Shown: in pieces, positions 1 through 8,713 of the stretch
Layout: each line of letters starts with the position of its first letter
Numbering within the stretch: position 1 is the first letter of the stretch
Assembly: GCA_036268235.1 (NCBI GenBank)
Contig: DATAUN010000071.1
Location: 1 to 46,983, forward strand
DNA: 46,983 bases
Reading direction: 5' to 3'
From: Gaiellaceae bacterium
Lineage (GTDB): Bacteria > Actinomycetota > Thermoleophilia > Gaiellales > Gaiellaceae
Translations under genes and position numbers: made by a program
The notes under the pieces: generated by a model
Database searches by the model: none
The model's input: only the letters and a program-made list of their open reading frames with translations
What the model was told of the DNA's origin: nothing

Positions 1-905
1 AGCTGCACCAGGTGGCGATGCTCGAGCGGCCCGACGAAGAGCGTCCGCTCCGGCGCGAGCTGTTCGAGTGTCGCGCGGTACGGGCCGAAGCCGACGACCA
101 CGAGCCGTGCCTCCACCCCCTGCATCGCCTCGAGCAGCACCTGCACGCCCTTCTGCTCGATCAGCTTGCCGAAGTACACGACCGTCGGCTCATCCCCTGC
201 GAGGAACGACGCGAGCCGTGCCGCGTTCGCGTCGTCCGGGAGACGCTCCTCCGCGTTGCCGGGATTCGACGCGTCACGATGCGCTTCCTCGATCAGCGCT
301 GCGAGCGCCTCGTCGCGCGGCCGCAGCGTGAACTCGTCGACGTCGACGCCGGGCGGAACCTCGTGCACGTGGTCGACATGACCGACGACCTCCTGCAACA
401 CGGTGCGGATGTGCTCCGAGCCGACGTACGTCGCCTCTGCGGCGGCAAGGACATGCGCGCCCCAGCGCTCGAGCTCCGGCCGCCCGCGCAGCGAGTACTC
501 GAGCTCCGAGCCGTGCGCCTTGACGCGGAACGGGGCGCCACTCCGTTCGCCGACCGCGCCGCCCATCAGCACGTGGTTCGCGAACACGAGGTCGGCGGGA
601 AGGAGCTCGCGGAGCACCGCGGCGTTCGCCTCGACGTACGCGCCCTTCTCGCTGGCGCTGAAGTCCTGGAGGAGCTTCGGCTCGAGCCCGGCGTAGCGGT
701 CCATGACGAAGACCGGCAACAGCCCGCCGGGCAGCTCGGGCACGACGACCGTCGCGCCACCCAGGTCGTACTGCTCGGCGGCGCGCTCCTGGCAGACGAC
801 CACCACCTCGTGCCCGGCACGCGACCACTCCCGCGCAAGCGCCCGTGTGTAGACGTTCGACCCCGTGCCGCCGAGCAGATAGCCGTGCCAGAGCAGGATC
901 CGCAT
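1..905 (-). CDS. Glycosyltransferase, GT-B fold / family 4-like (N-terminal ~300 aa; C-terminus runs off the window)
   Basis: Not in the ORF track because it has no stop in the window. Reverse translation from the ATG at 903-905 gives MRILLWHGYLLGGTGSNVYTRALAREWSRAGHEVVVVCQE..., a typical GT4 N-terminal Rossmann half with a Gly-rich loop. High GC3. The + strand ORF 12..1445 is an Arg-rich shadow. Confidence 0.7.
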   Translation of the reverse strand, partial: MRILLWHGYLLGGTGSNVYTRALAREWSRAGHEVVVVCQERAAEQYDLGGATVVVPELPGGLLPVFVMDRYAGLEPKLLQDFSASEKGAYVEANAAVLRELLPADLVFANHVLMGGAVGERSGAPFRVKAHGSELEYSLRGRPELERWGAHVLAAAEATYVGSEHIRTVLQEVVGHVDHVHEVPPGVDVDEFTLRPRDEALAALIEEAHRDASNPGNAEERLPDDANAARLASFLAGDEPTVVYFGKLIEQKGVQVLLEAMQGVEARLVVVGFGPYRATLEQLAPERTLFVGPLEHRHLVQ

Positions 906-920
906 CGCTGCGGAGGCTAC

Positions 921-1571
921 TTACGCGAGGTGGAAATACAGCGCGTGGAGCAGCTCCACGGCCGGGTTCGACGTATGCACGGTCACGTCGCCCGGGACGT
1001 CGAGGAGCGCTTCCGAGTAGTTGAAGATGATGCGCACGCCGGCGTCAACGAGGTCGTCGCACACCTTCTGCGCCGACGTTGCCGGCACCGCGAGCACCCC
1101 GACGACGATGTTCTTGTCGCGCACCGCGTCCTTCAGCCGGCGCTCGTCGTCGACAGTGATGCCGCCGATGTCGGCGCCGATCGCCGTCGGGCTCGAGTCG
1201 AACACCGCGGCGATGTTGATCCCGTGCTCCGCGAAGATCGGCGAGCTTGCGATCGCCTGGCCGAGCCGCCCCGCGCCGACGAGCGCGATGTTGTGCTGGC
1301 CCTGCGTACGAAGGATCTTCCGGATCTCCGAGAGCAGCGAATCGATCGAGTAGCCGACGCCGCGCTTGCCGAACTTCCCGAAGTTCGAGAGGTCGCGGCG
1401 GATCTGGGTCGCGTTGATGTTCGTGTAGTCGGCGATCTCCTGTGACGAGATGCGCTCCTTGCCCATCTTCTTCGCCTGCGTCAGCACCTGGAGGTACCGC
1501 GACAGGCGGGCGGCGACGCCGACGGTGAGGCGGTCGGGAGCGCCGGCAGGGACCTGACTTTGCAACATCAC
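921..1571 (-). CDS. rex: Redox-sensing transcriptional repressor Rex
   Basis: Winged-helix segment RISSQEIADYTNINATQIRRDLSNFGKFGKRGVGY followed by the NADH Rossmann motif ALVGAGRLGQAI. Length 216 aa. GTG start. Confidence 0.9.
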   Translation of the reverse strand: MMLQSQVPAGAPDRLTVGVAARLSRYLQVLTQAKKMGKERISSQEIADYTNINATQIRRDLSNFGKFGKRGVGYSIDSLLSEIRKILRTQGQHNIALVGAGRLGQAIASSPIFAEHGINIAAVFDSSPTAIGADIGGITVDDERRLKDAVRDKNIVVGVLAVPATSAQKVCDDLVDAGVRIIFNYSEALLDVPGDVTVHTSNPAVELLHALYFHLA

Positions 1572-1609
1572 GAACCCATTGTGCCGAAGGCTCGCACCCT
1601 ACTGTTCAG

Positions 1610-1637
1610 TTGTCACAAAGCCTTAGCCTTGTGACAA
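1610..1637. promoter_or_regulatory. Inverted repeat TTGTCACAA-N10-TTGTGACAA just upstream of rex, spanning the stop codon of the glutaredoxin-like gene. Candidate operator or hairpin.
   Basis: 9-nt arms read directly in the sequence. The half-sites resemble the TTGTGA/TCACAA halves of Rex operators, but the spacing and orientation differ from the TTGTGAA-N4-TTCACAA consensus. Confidence 0.3.
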
Positions 1638-1859
1638 CGTTCGGCGGAGGGCCGCCTCGTCCACGAAGTAGACGAACGCGCGCCGGCCGTCGATCTCCAC
1701 GACCGGCAGCCACTCGCGGTAGGCCGCTTCCAGCTCCTCGTCGCCCGTGATGTCGACCGTCTCGTAGGGCGCGCCGACCCGGTCGAGCACGCCGCGCGCC
1801 CGCTCGCAGAGCGAGCAGTCCTGCGCGTGGAAGAGGACGAGCCTAGGGGTAGAGGCCAC
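1623..1859 (-). CDS. Glutaredoxin-like small thioredoxin-fold protein (DUF836-like)
   Basis: 78 aa with a CSLC (CxxC) motif near the N-terminus (LVLFHAQDCSLCERA) and the LPVVEIDG pattern typical of glutaredoxin 2/DUF836 proteins. Overlaps the gdh stop by 17 nt. Confidence 0.7.
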   Translation of the reverse strand: MASTPRLVLFHAQDCSLCERARGVLDRVGAPYETVDITGDEELEAAYREWLPVVEIDGRRAFVYFVDEAALRRTLSQG

Positions 1860-3111
1860 GCGTCACCGTGGCTTCGGCGACGCGCTGGACGGCGAGACCG
1901 TAGGCGGCCATGCGCATCGAGGTCCCGCGCTCCTCGCGCGTCGCCCACGTCTCGTCGAACGCGCGCGTGACGATCTCGTTCAGCCGCGCGTTGACCTCGT
2001 CTTCCTTCCAGAAGTACTCCTGGAGGCCCTGCACCCACTCGAAATACGAGACGACGACACCGCCCGCGTTCGCGAGCACATCGGGCAGGATCAGCACGCC
2101 GTTCGCCTCGAGGATGTCGTCGGCCGCGGGTGTGACGGGGCCGTTTGCACCTTCGACGATGATCTTGGCCCGCACCGCGTCGGCGTTCGCCTCGGTCACG
2201 ACCTGCTCGAGCGCGCACGGCGCGAACGCGTCGCAGTCGAGCGTGACGAGCTCCTCGTTCGTGATCGGATCGCCGCCTTTCAGCTCGACGAGCGAGCCGC
2301 CGTCCTGCTTGTGCGCGAAGGCCGCCGCGACGTCGATGCCGTTCGCGTTGTAGAGGCCGCCGCGCGAGTCGGACACAGCGACGACGACCGCGCCGCGCTC
2401 GGCGGCGAACTTCGCGAAGAACGACCCGACGTTGCCGAACCCCTGGACGGCGACGCGCAAGCCTTCCATCGAGCGACCGGTCTTCAGCACGGCGGACTCG
2501 AGGCAGAAGAGCGAGCTGCGCGCCGTCGCCTCGACGCGCCCGAGCGAGCCACCGATCGTCAGCGGCTTGCCGGTGACGACGCCGAGCACCGAGTGGCCCT
2601 TGTTCATCGAGTACGTGTCGAAGATCCACGCCATCACCGCCGCGTTCGTGCCGACGTCCGGCGCGGGGATGTCCTTCTCCGGACCGATCTCGTTGATGAT
2701 CTCCGAGGTGAAGCGGCGCGTCATGCGCTCGAGCTCGCGCCGCGACATCGATTTCGGATCGCAGATGACGCCGCCCTTGGCGCCGCCGAACGGCAGCCCC
2801 ATCAGCGCGCACTTCCAGGTCATCCACATCGCGAGCGCCTTGACCTCGTCCAGCGTGACGTCGGGGTGGTAGCGGATGCCTCCCTTCGACGGGCCGCGCG
2901 ACACGTTGTGCGTCACGCGGTAGCCGGTGTACGCGACGACCGACCCGTCGTCGAGCGAGGTCGGGATCGAGACCTCGACGGCCTTCTTGCACTCCTGCAT
3001 GACGTTGACGAGGCGGTCGTCGATGCCAAAGACGTCGGCGACGCTGCGCAGCTGCTGTTGCGCGATCCGAAACGGGTTCTCGCGCAGATGAGACTCGGTG
3101 GCCGTAGCCAT
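1843..3111 (-). CDS. gdhA: Glutamate dehydrogenase (Glu/Leu/Phe/Val dehydrogenase family)
   Basis: Motifs SRGPSKGGIRYHP and LPFGGAKGG, and the NAD(P) Rossmann VAVQGFGNVG. 422 aa. Confidence 0.95.
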   Translation of the reverse strand: MATATESHLRENPFRIAQQQLRSVADVFGIDDRLVNVMQECKKAVEVSIPTSLDDGSVVAYTGYRVTHNVSRGPSKGGIRYHPDVTLDEVKALAMWMTWKCALMGLPFGGAKGGVICDPKSMSRRELERMTRRFTSEIINEIGPEKDIPAPDVGTNAAVMAWIFDTYSMNKGHSVLGVVTGKPLTIGGSLGRVEATARSSLFCLESAVLKTGRSMEGLRVAVQGFGNVGSFFAKFAAERGAVVVAVSDSRGGLYNANGIDVAAAFAHKQDGGSLVELKGGDPITNEELVTLDCDAFAPCALEQVVTEANADAVRAKIIVEGANGPVTPAADDILEANGVLILPDVLANAGGVVVSYFEWVQGLQEYFWKEDEVNARLNEIVTRAFDETWATREERGTSMRMAAYGLAVQRVAEATVTRGLYP

Positions 3112-3123
3112 CGAAACCTGAAT

Positions 3124-5655
3124 CTACTCGATCCGGAACGAGACCTGCGTGCGGGTCGGCTTCGCGGCGAGCGGCAGCGTCGGCCAGGCCGCGAGCCGCA
3201 GCTGGTAGCCGCCCGGCGGCAGGCGCACGCTCGTCGGGCCGCGACCGGTGATCCCGAAGCTGTACGAGCCGGGCAGCAGATCGCGCAGGCGCGCCATCAC
3301 GCCGAGGTACTCGCCCGCGCTCGAGTAGAGCAGGATGTCGAGCCGACGCACCGGCAGGATCTGCACGCCGCTGTCGCGCACCACGGCGCCGGCCTGCACC
3401 GACAGGATCGAGGGGTCGGTGTCGGACGCGGCGAACGACGTCTTGCTGAGCGACACCTTCCCGAGCAGGCTGCCGGCCGGCTGCTTGAAGAGGAGCGCCC
3501 ACGGAACGCGCAGCGTCTCGCTGCCCGAGGCGGCGACGCGGATCGCACCCGTGAGCATCCGCACGCGGGGCGCCGCCGCTGCGAGAACCGAGATCTGCAC
3601 TTGCCTCGCACGGCCGACGCCGAGCACGAACGACGCCGGCTCGACTCGGAAGCGCAGCGCTTCCGAGTCGCCGTCGATCGCTGCCGTGAGCGACACGACG
3701 AGCCGCCGCGTCGAGACGTTGCGCACCGTCAGCGTGCGCGTCGCATGCCAGTGCGCGCCCTGCCAGAGCCCGAAGCCGAGGCTCATCGGCGTGGACGCGA
3801 GCTCGCCGACGGCCGACGCGCCCAGATCGAGGTCGCCGTCACCGACAGCCGTCGCCGGCGCGGGATCGGGCTGCGCATAGCCCGCGAGCAGGCTGTCGAG
3901 CGCAGGCCCGTCGAGCGCGGGCCGCAGCTCCGCGAGCAGCGCCGCGGCGCCCGCGACCGTCGCCGCGGCAGCACTCGTGCCATTCACCGTCCCGTACAGC
4001 GCGGAGCCGTCGGTCGCCTGACCGGGCTCGGAGGTCGCGATCGAGACGCCGGGCGCGGCAACGTTCGGCTTCACGCCGCTGTCGTAGGCGAGGCCGCGCG
4101 ACGAGAAGCCGGCGACGAGCCCGCGATCGTCGTTGGCGGTCGTATGTGTGTTGCCGATCGCGATCCCGACGTCAATGCCGGCGCGCCGCGCCGCGAGCAG
4201 CTCTGCCGCGGCAGCTGTCGGGACGACGACCGTCGGTGCGGTGGCGTCGTCGGAGAGCCGCAGCCCGCCGGGCGGGAGCGCGTTGCCGTAGAGAACGACC
4301 GCAGCGGCGCCCGCCTGCGAGGCCGCGACCACCGTCGCCTCGGGGTCGGCGCCGACCGGCACGACGACCGCACGCCCGGCGACGTCGCTGTAGCCGCGCG
4401 CGTTGAAGAACGTGTTCGCCGGGCCCGTCGCCGCGACCTGGAGCGTCAGAACGTGCGCCGGCGTCGCCGCGCCGAGCAGCGGCTGCGTGCGATCGAGGAT
4501 CACGTCGAGCCCGCGGCGAAGCACCACACGTACCTCCGGCAGCTGCGCGCGCGAGTCGGTCGCTGCAACGGCGAGGGCCGCGGGCGCGCCGGCGGGGCCG
4601 GCGACGGAGCCGAACGACGGACCGGCAGCGCCGTCGTTGCCGGCCGGCGTGACGACGATCGTGTTCAGGTCGAGCGCGCCCTGCACTGCCTGAGCCTCGG
4701 GGCCGTCCGCAAAGGCGGCGTACGGCTCGGCGACGCCGAGGAGCGCGATGCGCACTGCGTCGTGCGCATCGCCGTCGCCGTTCGGGTCGACCGCCCGGTC
4801 GAGCCCGGCGATCAGCTGGTCGCTGCGCGCATACACGGCGTCCTTCCCGCTCGTCGCCGGCTGCCAGCCGGCGACGCGGATCGGCAAGACCGTCGCACCC
4901 GGTGCGACGCCGTGCAGTCCGCCCGGGCCGCCGGAGCCGACGAGGATTCCCGCAAGCTCGGTCCCGTGCTGCTCGAGCTGCGACGGGTTCTGCGGGTCGG
5001 CCTGCGCGGTTGCATCGTCGCCGTGACCGACTTCGTCGATGCCGGGCAGCACATGACCGCGGAGGTACGGCTGCGCCTCGTCGACCCCGGTGTCGAGGAG
5101 GGCGATCGTCACGCCGCCTCCGTCGACACCCGGTAGCTCAGCCGACGGCCGGTGCCCGGAAAGCGCCGAGTAGGCCTTCGACGCGAGCACGTGCTCCGAG
5201 ACCGACGCGGGATACGCAGCGCGCACCGGATAGATCCCGGTCACCTCCGGCATCTCGTCGAGCAACGAGACGGCGCGCGGGTCGAGCTGCGCCGAGAACC
5301 CGTCGAGCACGCGGTAGTAGCTGTAGTCCGGCTTCACCGTGATGCCGAGCGCCGACAGCTGAAGCAGCACTTCGTTCTGCGCGGCGGCCGCGGACGCGTA
5401 CCACGTCTTCTCCTGCACCTCCGTCGCGAACCCGTCCTGCTGCTTCACGCGCTCGGCAACCGACGGCGTCTTGAGGACGACGATCATCCGGCCCGCAAGC
5501 GGCACCGCTGCACGCGCGCCGCCGACGAGCCCGAGCCAGCTGACCGGCGGCAGCGGCGGGCTGGTGTCGCGGCCCGGCGCGACGACGACCGCCGCGAGCG
5601 CGATCGTCACACCCGCGACGCCGAGGAGCAGCGCGCTACGCGGTTGGACGCGCAT
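3124..5655 (-). CDS. Secreted subtilisin-like serine protease (peptidase S8) with a long C-terminal extension
   Basis: N-terminal signal/TM segment (SALLLGVAGVTIALAAVVVA). Catalytic triad contexts VTIALLDTGVD (Asp), HGTELAGILVG (His) and NGTSAAAATVAGAAALL (Ser), with oxyanion Asn in PAGNDG. The start overlaps the tsaD 3' end by 20 nt. Confidence 0.9.
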   Translation of the reverse strand: MRVQPRSALLLGVAGVTIALAAVVVAPGRDTSPPLPPVSWLGLVGGARAAVPLAGRMIVVLKTPSVAERVKQQDGFATEVQEKTWYASAAAAQNEVLLQLSALGITVKPDYSYYRVLDGFSAQLDPRAVSLLDEMPEVTGIYPVRAAYPASVSEHVLASKAYSALSGHRPSAELPGVDGGGVTIALLDTGVDEAQPYLRGHVLPGIDEVGHGDDATAQADPQNPSQLEQHGTELAGILVGSGGPGGLHGVAPGATVLPIRVAGWQPATSGKDAVYARSDQLIAGLDRAVDPNGDGDAHDAVRIALLGVAEPYAAFADGPEAQAVQGALDLNTIVVTPAGNDGAAGPSFGSVAGPAGAPAALAVAATDSRAQLPEVRVVLRRGLDVILDRTQPLLGAATPAHVLTLQVAATGPANTFFNARGYSDVAGRAVVVPVGADPEATVVAASQAGAAAVVLYGNALPPGGLRLSDDATAPTVVVPTAAAAELLAARRAGIDVGIAIGNTHTTANDDRGLVAGFSSRGLAYDSGVKPNVAAPGVSIATSEPGQATDGSALYGTVNGTSAAAATVAGAAALLAELRPALDGPALDSLLAGYAQPDPAPATAVGDGDLDLGASAVGELASTPMSLGFGLWQGAHWHATRTLTVRNVSTRRLVVSLTAAIDGDSEALRFRVEPASFVLGVGRARQVQISVLAAAAPRVRMLTGAIRVAASGSETLRVPWALLFKQPAGSLLGKVSLSKTSFAASDTDPSILSVQAGAVVRDSGVQILPVRRLDILLYSSAGEYLGVMARLRDLLPGSYSFGITGRGPTSVRLPPGGYQLRLAAWPTLPLAAKPTRTQVSFRIE

Positions 5656-6571
5656 CGAGCGAAAGGTACTCCGGATACGGGACGGCCTCGGTGTAGCGCC
5701 CCGCCGAGGCGATCATCGCGGCGTTGTCGGTACAGAGGGCCAGGGGAGCGAGCGCTGCGCCGGGCAGCGCCGCGCGCAGTTCGGAGTTGGCGGCGACGCC
5801 GCCGACGACCGCGATCCGCTCGGCTCCCGTCGCCTCGATCCGCTCGACGAGCGCGCGCACGATCGCGCGCTGGTAGCTCGCGGCGAGATCTGCCTTGCGC
5901 GCCTCGAGCTCCGCCGGCGGGAGGTCGCGCACCTTGTAGAGCAAGGCCGTCTTCAGGCCCGAGAAGGAAAAGTCGAGCCCGGGCACGCGCGCGACCGGAA
6001 AGTCGTACGCGGTCGGGTCACCTTGCTTCGCGAGCGCGTCGATCTCCTTGCCGCCCGGATAGCCCAAGCCGAGCAGGCGGGCTCCCTTGTCGAACGCCTC
6101 GCCCGCCGCATCGTCGAGGGTCGTGCCGAGCACGCGATACCCGCCGCGGTCCTCCACGTCGAGCAGCATCGTGTGGCCGCCGCTCGCAAGCAGGCACGTG
6201 AACGGTGGCTGAAGGTCGAGCGGCTTCAGGTAGAGCGACGCGACGTGGCCGTGGAGATGGTTGACGGCAATGAGCGGCAGCCGCCGCGACCAGGCGAGTG
6301 CCTTGGCGGCGGACACGCCGACGAGAAGCGCGCCGATCAGCCCCGGGTGCGACGTGACGGCGATCGCGTCGATCGCATGCCCGTCCATCGCCTCGGAGAT
6401 GACCGGCGCGATCAGCTCCAAGTGCCTCCGGCTCGCAACCTCAGGCACGACACCGCCGAAGCGCGCGTGCAGCTCGTCCTGCGACGCAACCACGTTTGAT
6501 GCAATTTCGCCGTCGTGGGTAACGACCGCAGCTGCGGTCTCGTCGCAGCTCGTTTCGATGCCGAGGATCAC
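5636..6571 (-). CDS. tsaD: tRNA N6-adenosine threonylcarbamoyltransferase TsaD (Kae1/Gcp family)
   Basis: ILGIETSCDETAAAVV at the N-terminus, HxxGH-type LHGHV, and GGVAANSELR. The ORF track extends to 6703. I prefer the GTG at 6571 directly before ILGIETS, and the alternative ATG at 6658 cannot be excluded. Confidence 0.88.
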   Translation of the reverse strand: MILGIETSCDETAAAVVTHDGEIASNVVASQDELHARFGGVVPEVASRRHLELIAPVISEAMDGHAIDAIAVTSHPGLIGALLVGVSAAKALAWSRRLPLIAVNHLHGHVASLYLKPLDLQPPFTCLLASGGHTMLLDVEDRGGYRVLGTTLDDAAGEAFDKGARLLGLGYPGGKEIDALAKQGDPTAYDFPVARVPGLDFSFSGLKTALLYKVRDLPPAELEARKADLAASYQRAIVRALVERIEATGAERIAVVGGVAANSELRAALPGAALAPLALCTDNAAMIASAGRYTEAVPYPEYLSLDARPTA

Positions 6572-6656
6572 CCTAGGCTCCGGCGAAATCGCTAGTTGCG
6601 AGAGTTGTTGCTGGTTCGACACACGCACGCGGGCCTCGGCGCGCGACGCTACTCGC

Positions 6657-7283
6657 ATGCAGATCGTGGTCGACGTGCACGAGCCGAAGCCGATGGAGCG
6701 CACGCTTCGTGCCCTGGGGCTCGACGTTCTCGTGATGAGCTTGCGCGCGGGTGATTACATGATCGATGACGTCGCGGTCGTCGAGCGAAAGACAGTGCGC
6801 GATCTCCACCTTTCGGTTATACAGGGACGCCTTTGGCGACAGCTGAGCCTCATCCGCCGTCGCGCACCCTGGCGATACCTGCTCATCGAGGGACAGTCGA
6901 TGTACGACGGCCCTGTCTCGAGCGAAGCGATCAGGGGACTCGTAATCGCGGTCGACGAGCTTGGCGTTTGCGTTGTGCACTCGCGGGATCTCCAAGACTC
7001 GGCCGCGTGGCTCACACGGATTGCCCGTCGCCGCCTTGGCGAGCACCGAACGATCGATCGGCCGGTCTACGCGCAACGACCAAAGCGCGAGCCTGGCGTC
7101 TCGCCGCCGGAGCAAGCGCTCTCCGCCGCTGCAGGGATCTCGACGGTCACAGCACGAACGCTCCTCGGGCGATTCGGCTCTCTTCTGGAAGTACTGAGCG
7201 CTCCCCCGGAGGAGCTGCAGCGTGTCCCGGGTGTCGGCGCCAACCGCGCCCATGCGATTCATAGCCTCGCGCAGAGCAACTAG
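6657..7283 (+). CDS. ERCC4/XPF-Mus81-type nuclease domain protein with a C-terminal (HhH)2 domain
   Basis: Signature AGDYMIDDVAVVERKTVRDL (GDx(n)ERKxxxD). C-terminal GISTVTARTLLGRFGSLLEVLSAPPEELQRVPGVGANRAHAI (tandem helix-hairpin-helix). 208 aa from the ATG at 6657. Sampled stretches are 57-58% GC against about 77% in neighbours. Confidence 0.8.
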   Translation: MQIVVDVHEPKPMERTLRALGLDVLVMSLRAGDYMIDDVAVVERKTVRDLHLSVIQGRLWRQLSLIRRRAPWRYLLIEGQSMYDGPVSSEAIRGLVIAVDELGVCVVHSRDLQDSAAWLTRIARRRLGEHRTIDRPVYAQRPKREPGVSPPEQALSAAAGISTVTARTLLGRFGSLLEVLSAPPEELQRVPGVGANRAHAIHSLAQSN

Positions 7284-7308
7284 CGATTCCGGCGTCAGCC
7301 GGAATCGC
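7283..7308. terminator. Perfect 11-bp stem / 4-nt loop hairpin (GCGATTCCGGC-GTCA-GCCGGAATCGC) bridging the convergent stop codons of the ERCC4 gene and rimI
   Basis: Read directly. The left arm starts at the last base of the ERCC4 TAG. The loop contains the rimI stop (TCA on +). The right arm is the last rimI codons (GDSG). Confidence 0.55.
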
Positions 7309-7756
7309 CAGACTCTCTCCACATGATCAACGCGTCTTCTCGATTGTCCGTGTAGTAGCCGCGCCTGACGCCGCGTGGCTCGAAGCCCAGCTGCTCGTAC
7401 AACCGGATCGCCCCTTCGTTCGAGACGCGCACCTCGAGTGTGTAGCCGCGCCGTTCGTCGTCCTGCGTCAGCTCGAACAGCCGCTCGAGCAGCGCGGTCG
7501 CGATGCCGCGGCGCGCGCGGTCCGGATCGACGGCGACGTTCATCACGTGCCATGCGTCGACGTAGCGCGAGTTGATCACGTACCCGGCAAGCTCGTCGCC
7601 TTCGAACGCGCCGAGGCAGATCGACGTCGGCTTTGCGAGCTCGGACGCGAACATCGAGCGCGACCACGGCGTCGGATATGCGCGCTGCTCGATCGACTCG
7701 ATCGCGCCGAGATCGCCGAGCTCGAGCACACGGATGTTGACGGCGACCGCGGTCAT
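7295..7756 (-). CDS. rimI: Ribosomal-protein-alanine N-acetyltransferase RimI (GNAT)
   Basis: IESIEQRAYPTPWS, the acetyl-CoA motif RRGIATALL, and the GYYTDNREDALIMW C-terminus. ATG at 7756 overlaps the tsaB stop (ATGA). The upstream part of track ORF 7295..7978 is Arg-rich shadow. Confidence 0.85.
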   Translation of the reverse strand: MTAVAVNIRVLELGDLGAIESIEQRAYPTPWSRSMFASELAKPTSICLGAFEGDELAGYVINSRYVDAWHVMNVAVDPDRARRGIATALLERLFELTQDDERRGYTLEVRVSNEGAIRLYEQLGFEPRGVRRGYYTDNREDALIMWRESGDSG

Positions 7757-8301
7757 TGCTGCGGCTTCGCGTCGGGCTCGCGCACGTACAGCGGCTCGAC
7801 GAGCTCGGCCGGCCCGAACGAGCCGGCGCGTTCCAGGAGCAGCAGCGGATCGGGGCGGTGCGCCGCGTCGTCGTCCGCCGGGATCGTCGCGCCGGCCGCC
7901 TCGAACACCTCGCGGTAGCGAATCGCGCCGTCGCCGACGAGCGTCAGCCCGTCGACGTCGAGCTCCTCGGGCCGGCACACGCGCGGGCCGGGCGAGAACA
8001 CCTCGCCGCGCCGAGCGTCGATCACCGGCGTTCCCTCGGCATACGCGTCGAGCGTCGACGCGCCGGCGACCGGCACATCGAGCGACAACGAGAGGGCGCG
8101 CGCCGCGGCAAGCCCGATGCGGATGCTCGTGAAGCTGCCGGGGCCGCGTCCGACGACGATCCCTTCGAGCGCACGTGGGTCGTCGACGAGCTCGTCGACG
8201 GCGGCGAGCAGGTCGCCGGCGCGTTCGGCGCGAGCGCGGGCGCCGGTCGAGACGCCGCAGACCGCGCCGAACGAGGTGGCGGTGTCAAAGGCCAAGATCA
8301 C
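7753..8301 (-). CDS. tsaB: tRNA threonylcarbamoyladenosine biosynthesis protein TsaB (YeaZ)
   Basis: MILAFDTAT... and GRGPGSFTSIRIGLAAARAL. Position between tsaE and rimI. Confidence 0.85.
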   Translation of the reverse strand: MILAFDTATSFGAVCGVSTGARARAERAGDLLAAVDELVDDPRALEGIVVGRGPGSFTSIRIGLAAARALSLSLDVPVAGASTLDAYAEGTPVIDARRGEVFSPGPRVCRPEELDVDGLTLVGDGAIRYREVFEAAGATIPADDDAAHRPDPLLLLERAGSFGPAELVEPLYVREPDAKPQQ

Positions 8302-8704
8302 TGTCGATCCTCACGCTCCGGTGCGACTCGTCGACGTGCCCGAGCCTAACGACGCTGCGCGCCCGCGGGAGCCAGTCCCCACCGTGCTCGGGCCATTCGA
8401 CGAAGGCAACCGTGCCGTCGAAGTACGGCTCCAGGTCGCCCCACTCCTCGGGATCGAGGCCGGCAATGCGGTACAGGTCGAGGTGCGCGACCGGGATCGG
8501 AGCCTCGTACCGGTGGCCGATCGTGAACGTCGGGCTCGAGACGGGGCCGGTCACGCCGAGCGCCCGGGCGGCGCCGCGCACGAAGGTCGTCTTGCCCGCG
8601 CCGAGCTCACCCGAGACCGCGACGACGTCGCCCGCGCGCAGCGACCGCGCCAGGTCGGCCGCAAGGGCTTCGGTCTCCGCGGGAGAGCTTGTGACCACCT
8701 CCAC
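8285..8704 (-). CDS. tsaE: tRNA t6A ATPase TsaE (YjeE)
   Basis: P-loop GELGAGKTTFVRG, SPTFTI, and HLDLYR motifs. 139 aa. Confidence 0.85.
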   Translation of the reverse strand: MEVVTSSPAETEALAADLARSLRAGDVVAVSGELGAGKTTFVRGAARALGVTGPVSSPTFTIGHRYEAPIPVAHLDLYRIAGLDPEEWGDLEPYFDGTVAFVEWPEHGGDWLPRARSVVRLGHVDESHRSVRIDSDLGL

Positions 8705-8713
8705 CCCGGGAGG

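Noticed and set aside
12-1445. Long + strand ORF (477 aa), and similar very long ORFs such as 2311..5136, 1613..3502, 20684..23071, 17203..19500, 43878..45653 and 28296..29594 (upper part)
   Set aside because: Their translations are dominated by Arg/Ala/Gly/Pro with no motifs. They lie antisense or out of frame to genes with unmistakable conserved motifs (rex, gdh, S8, uvrA, copCD, obg, uvrB). These are typical shadow ORFs of >70% GC DNA.
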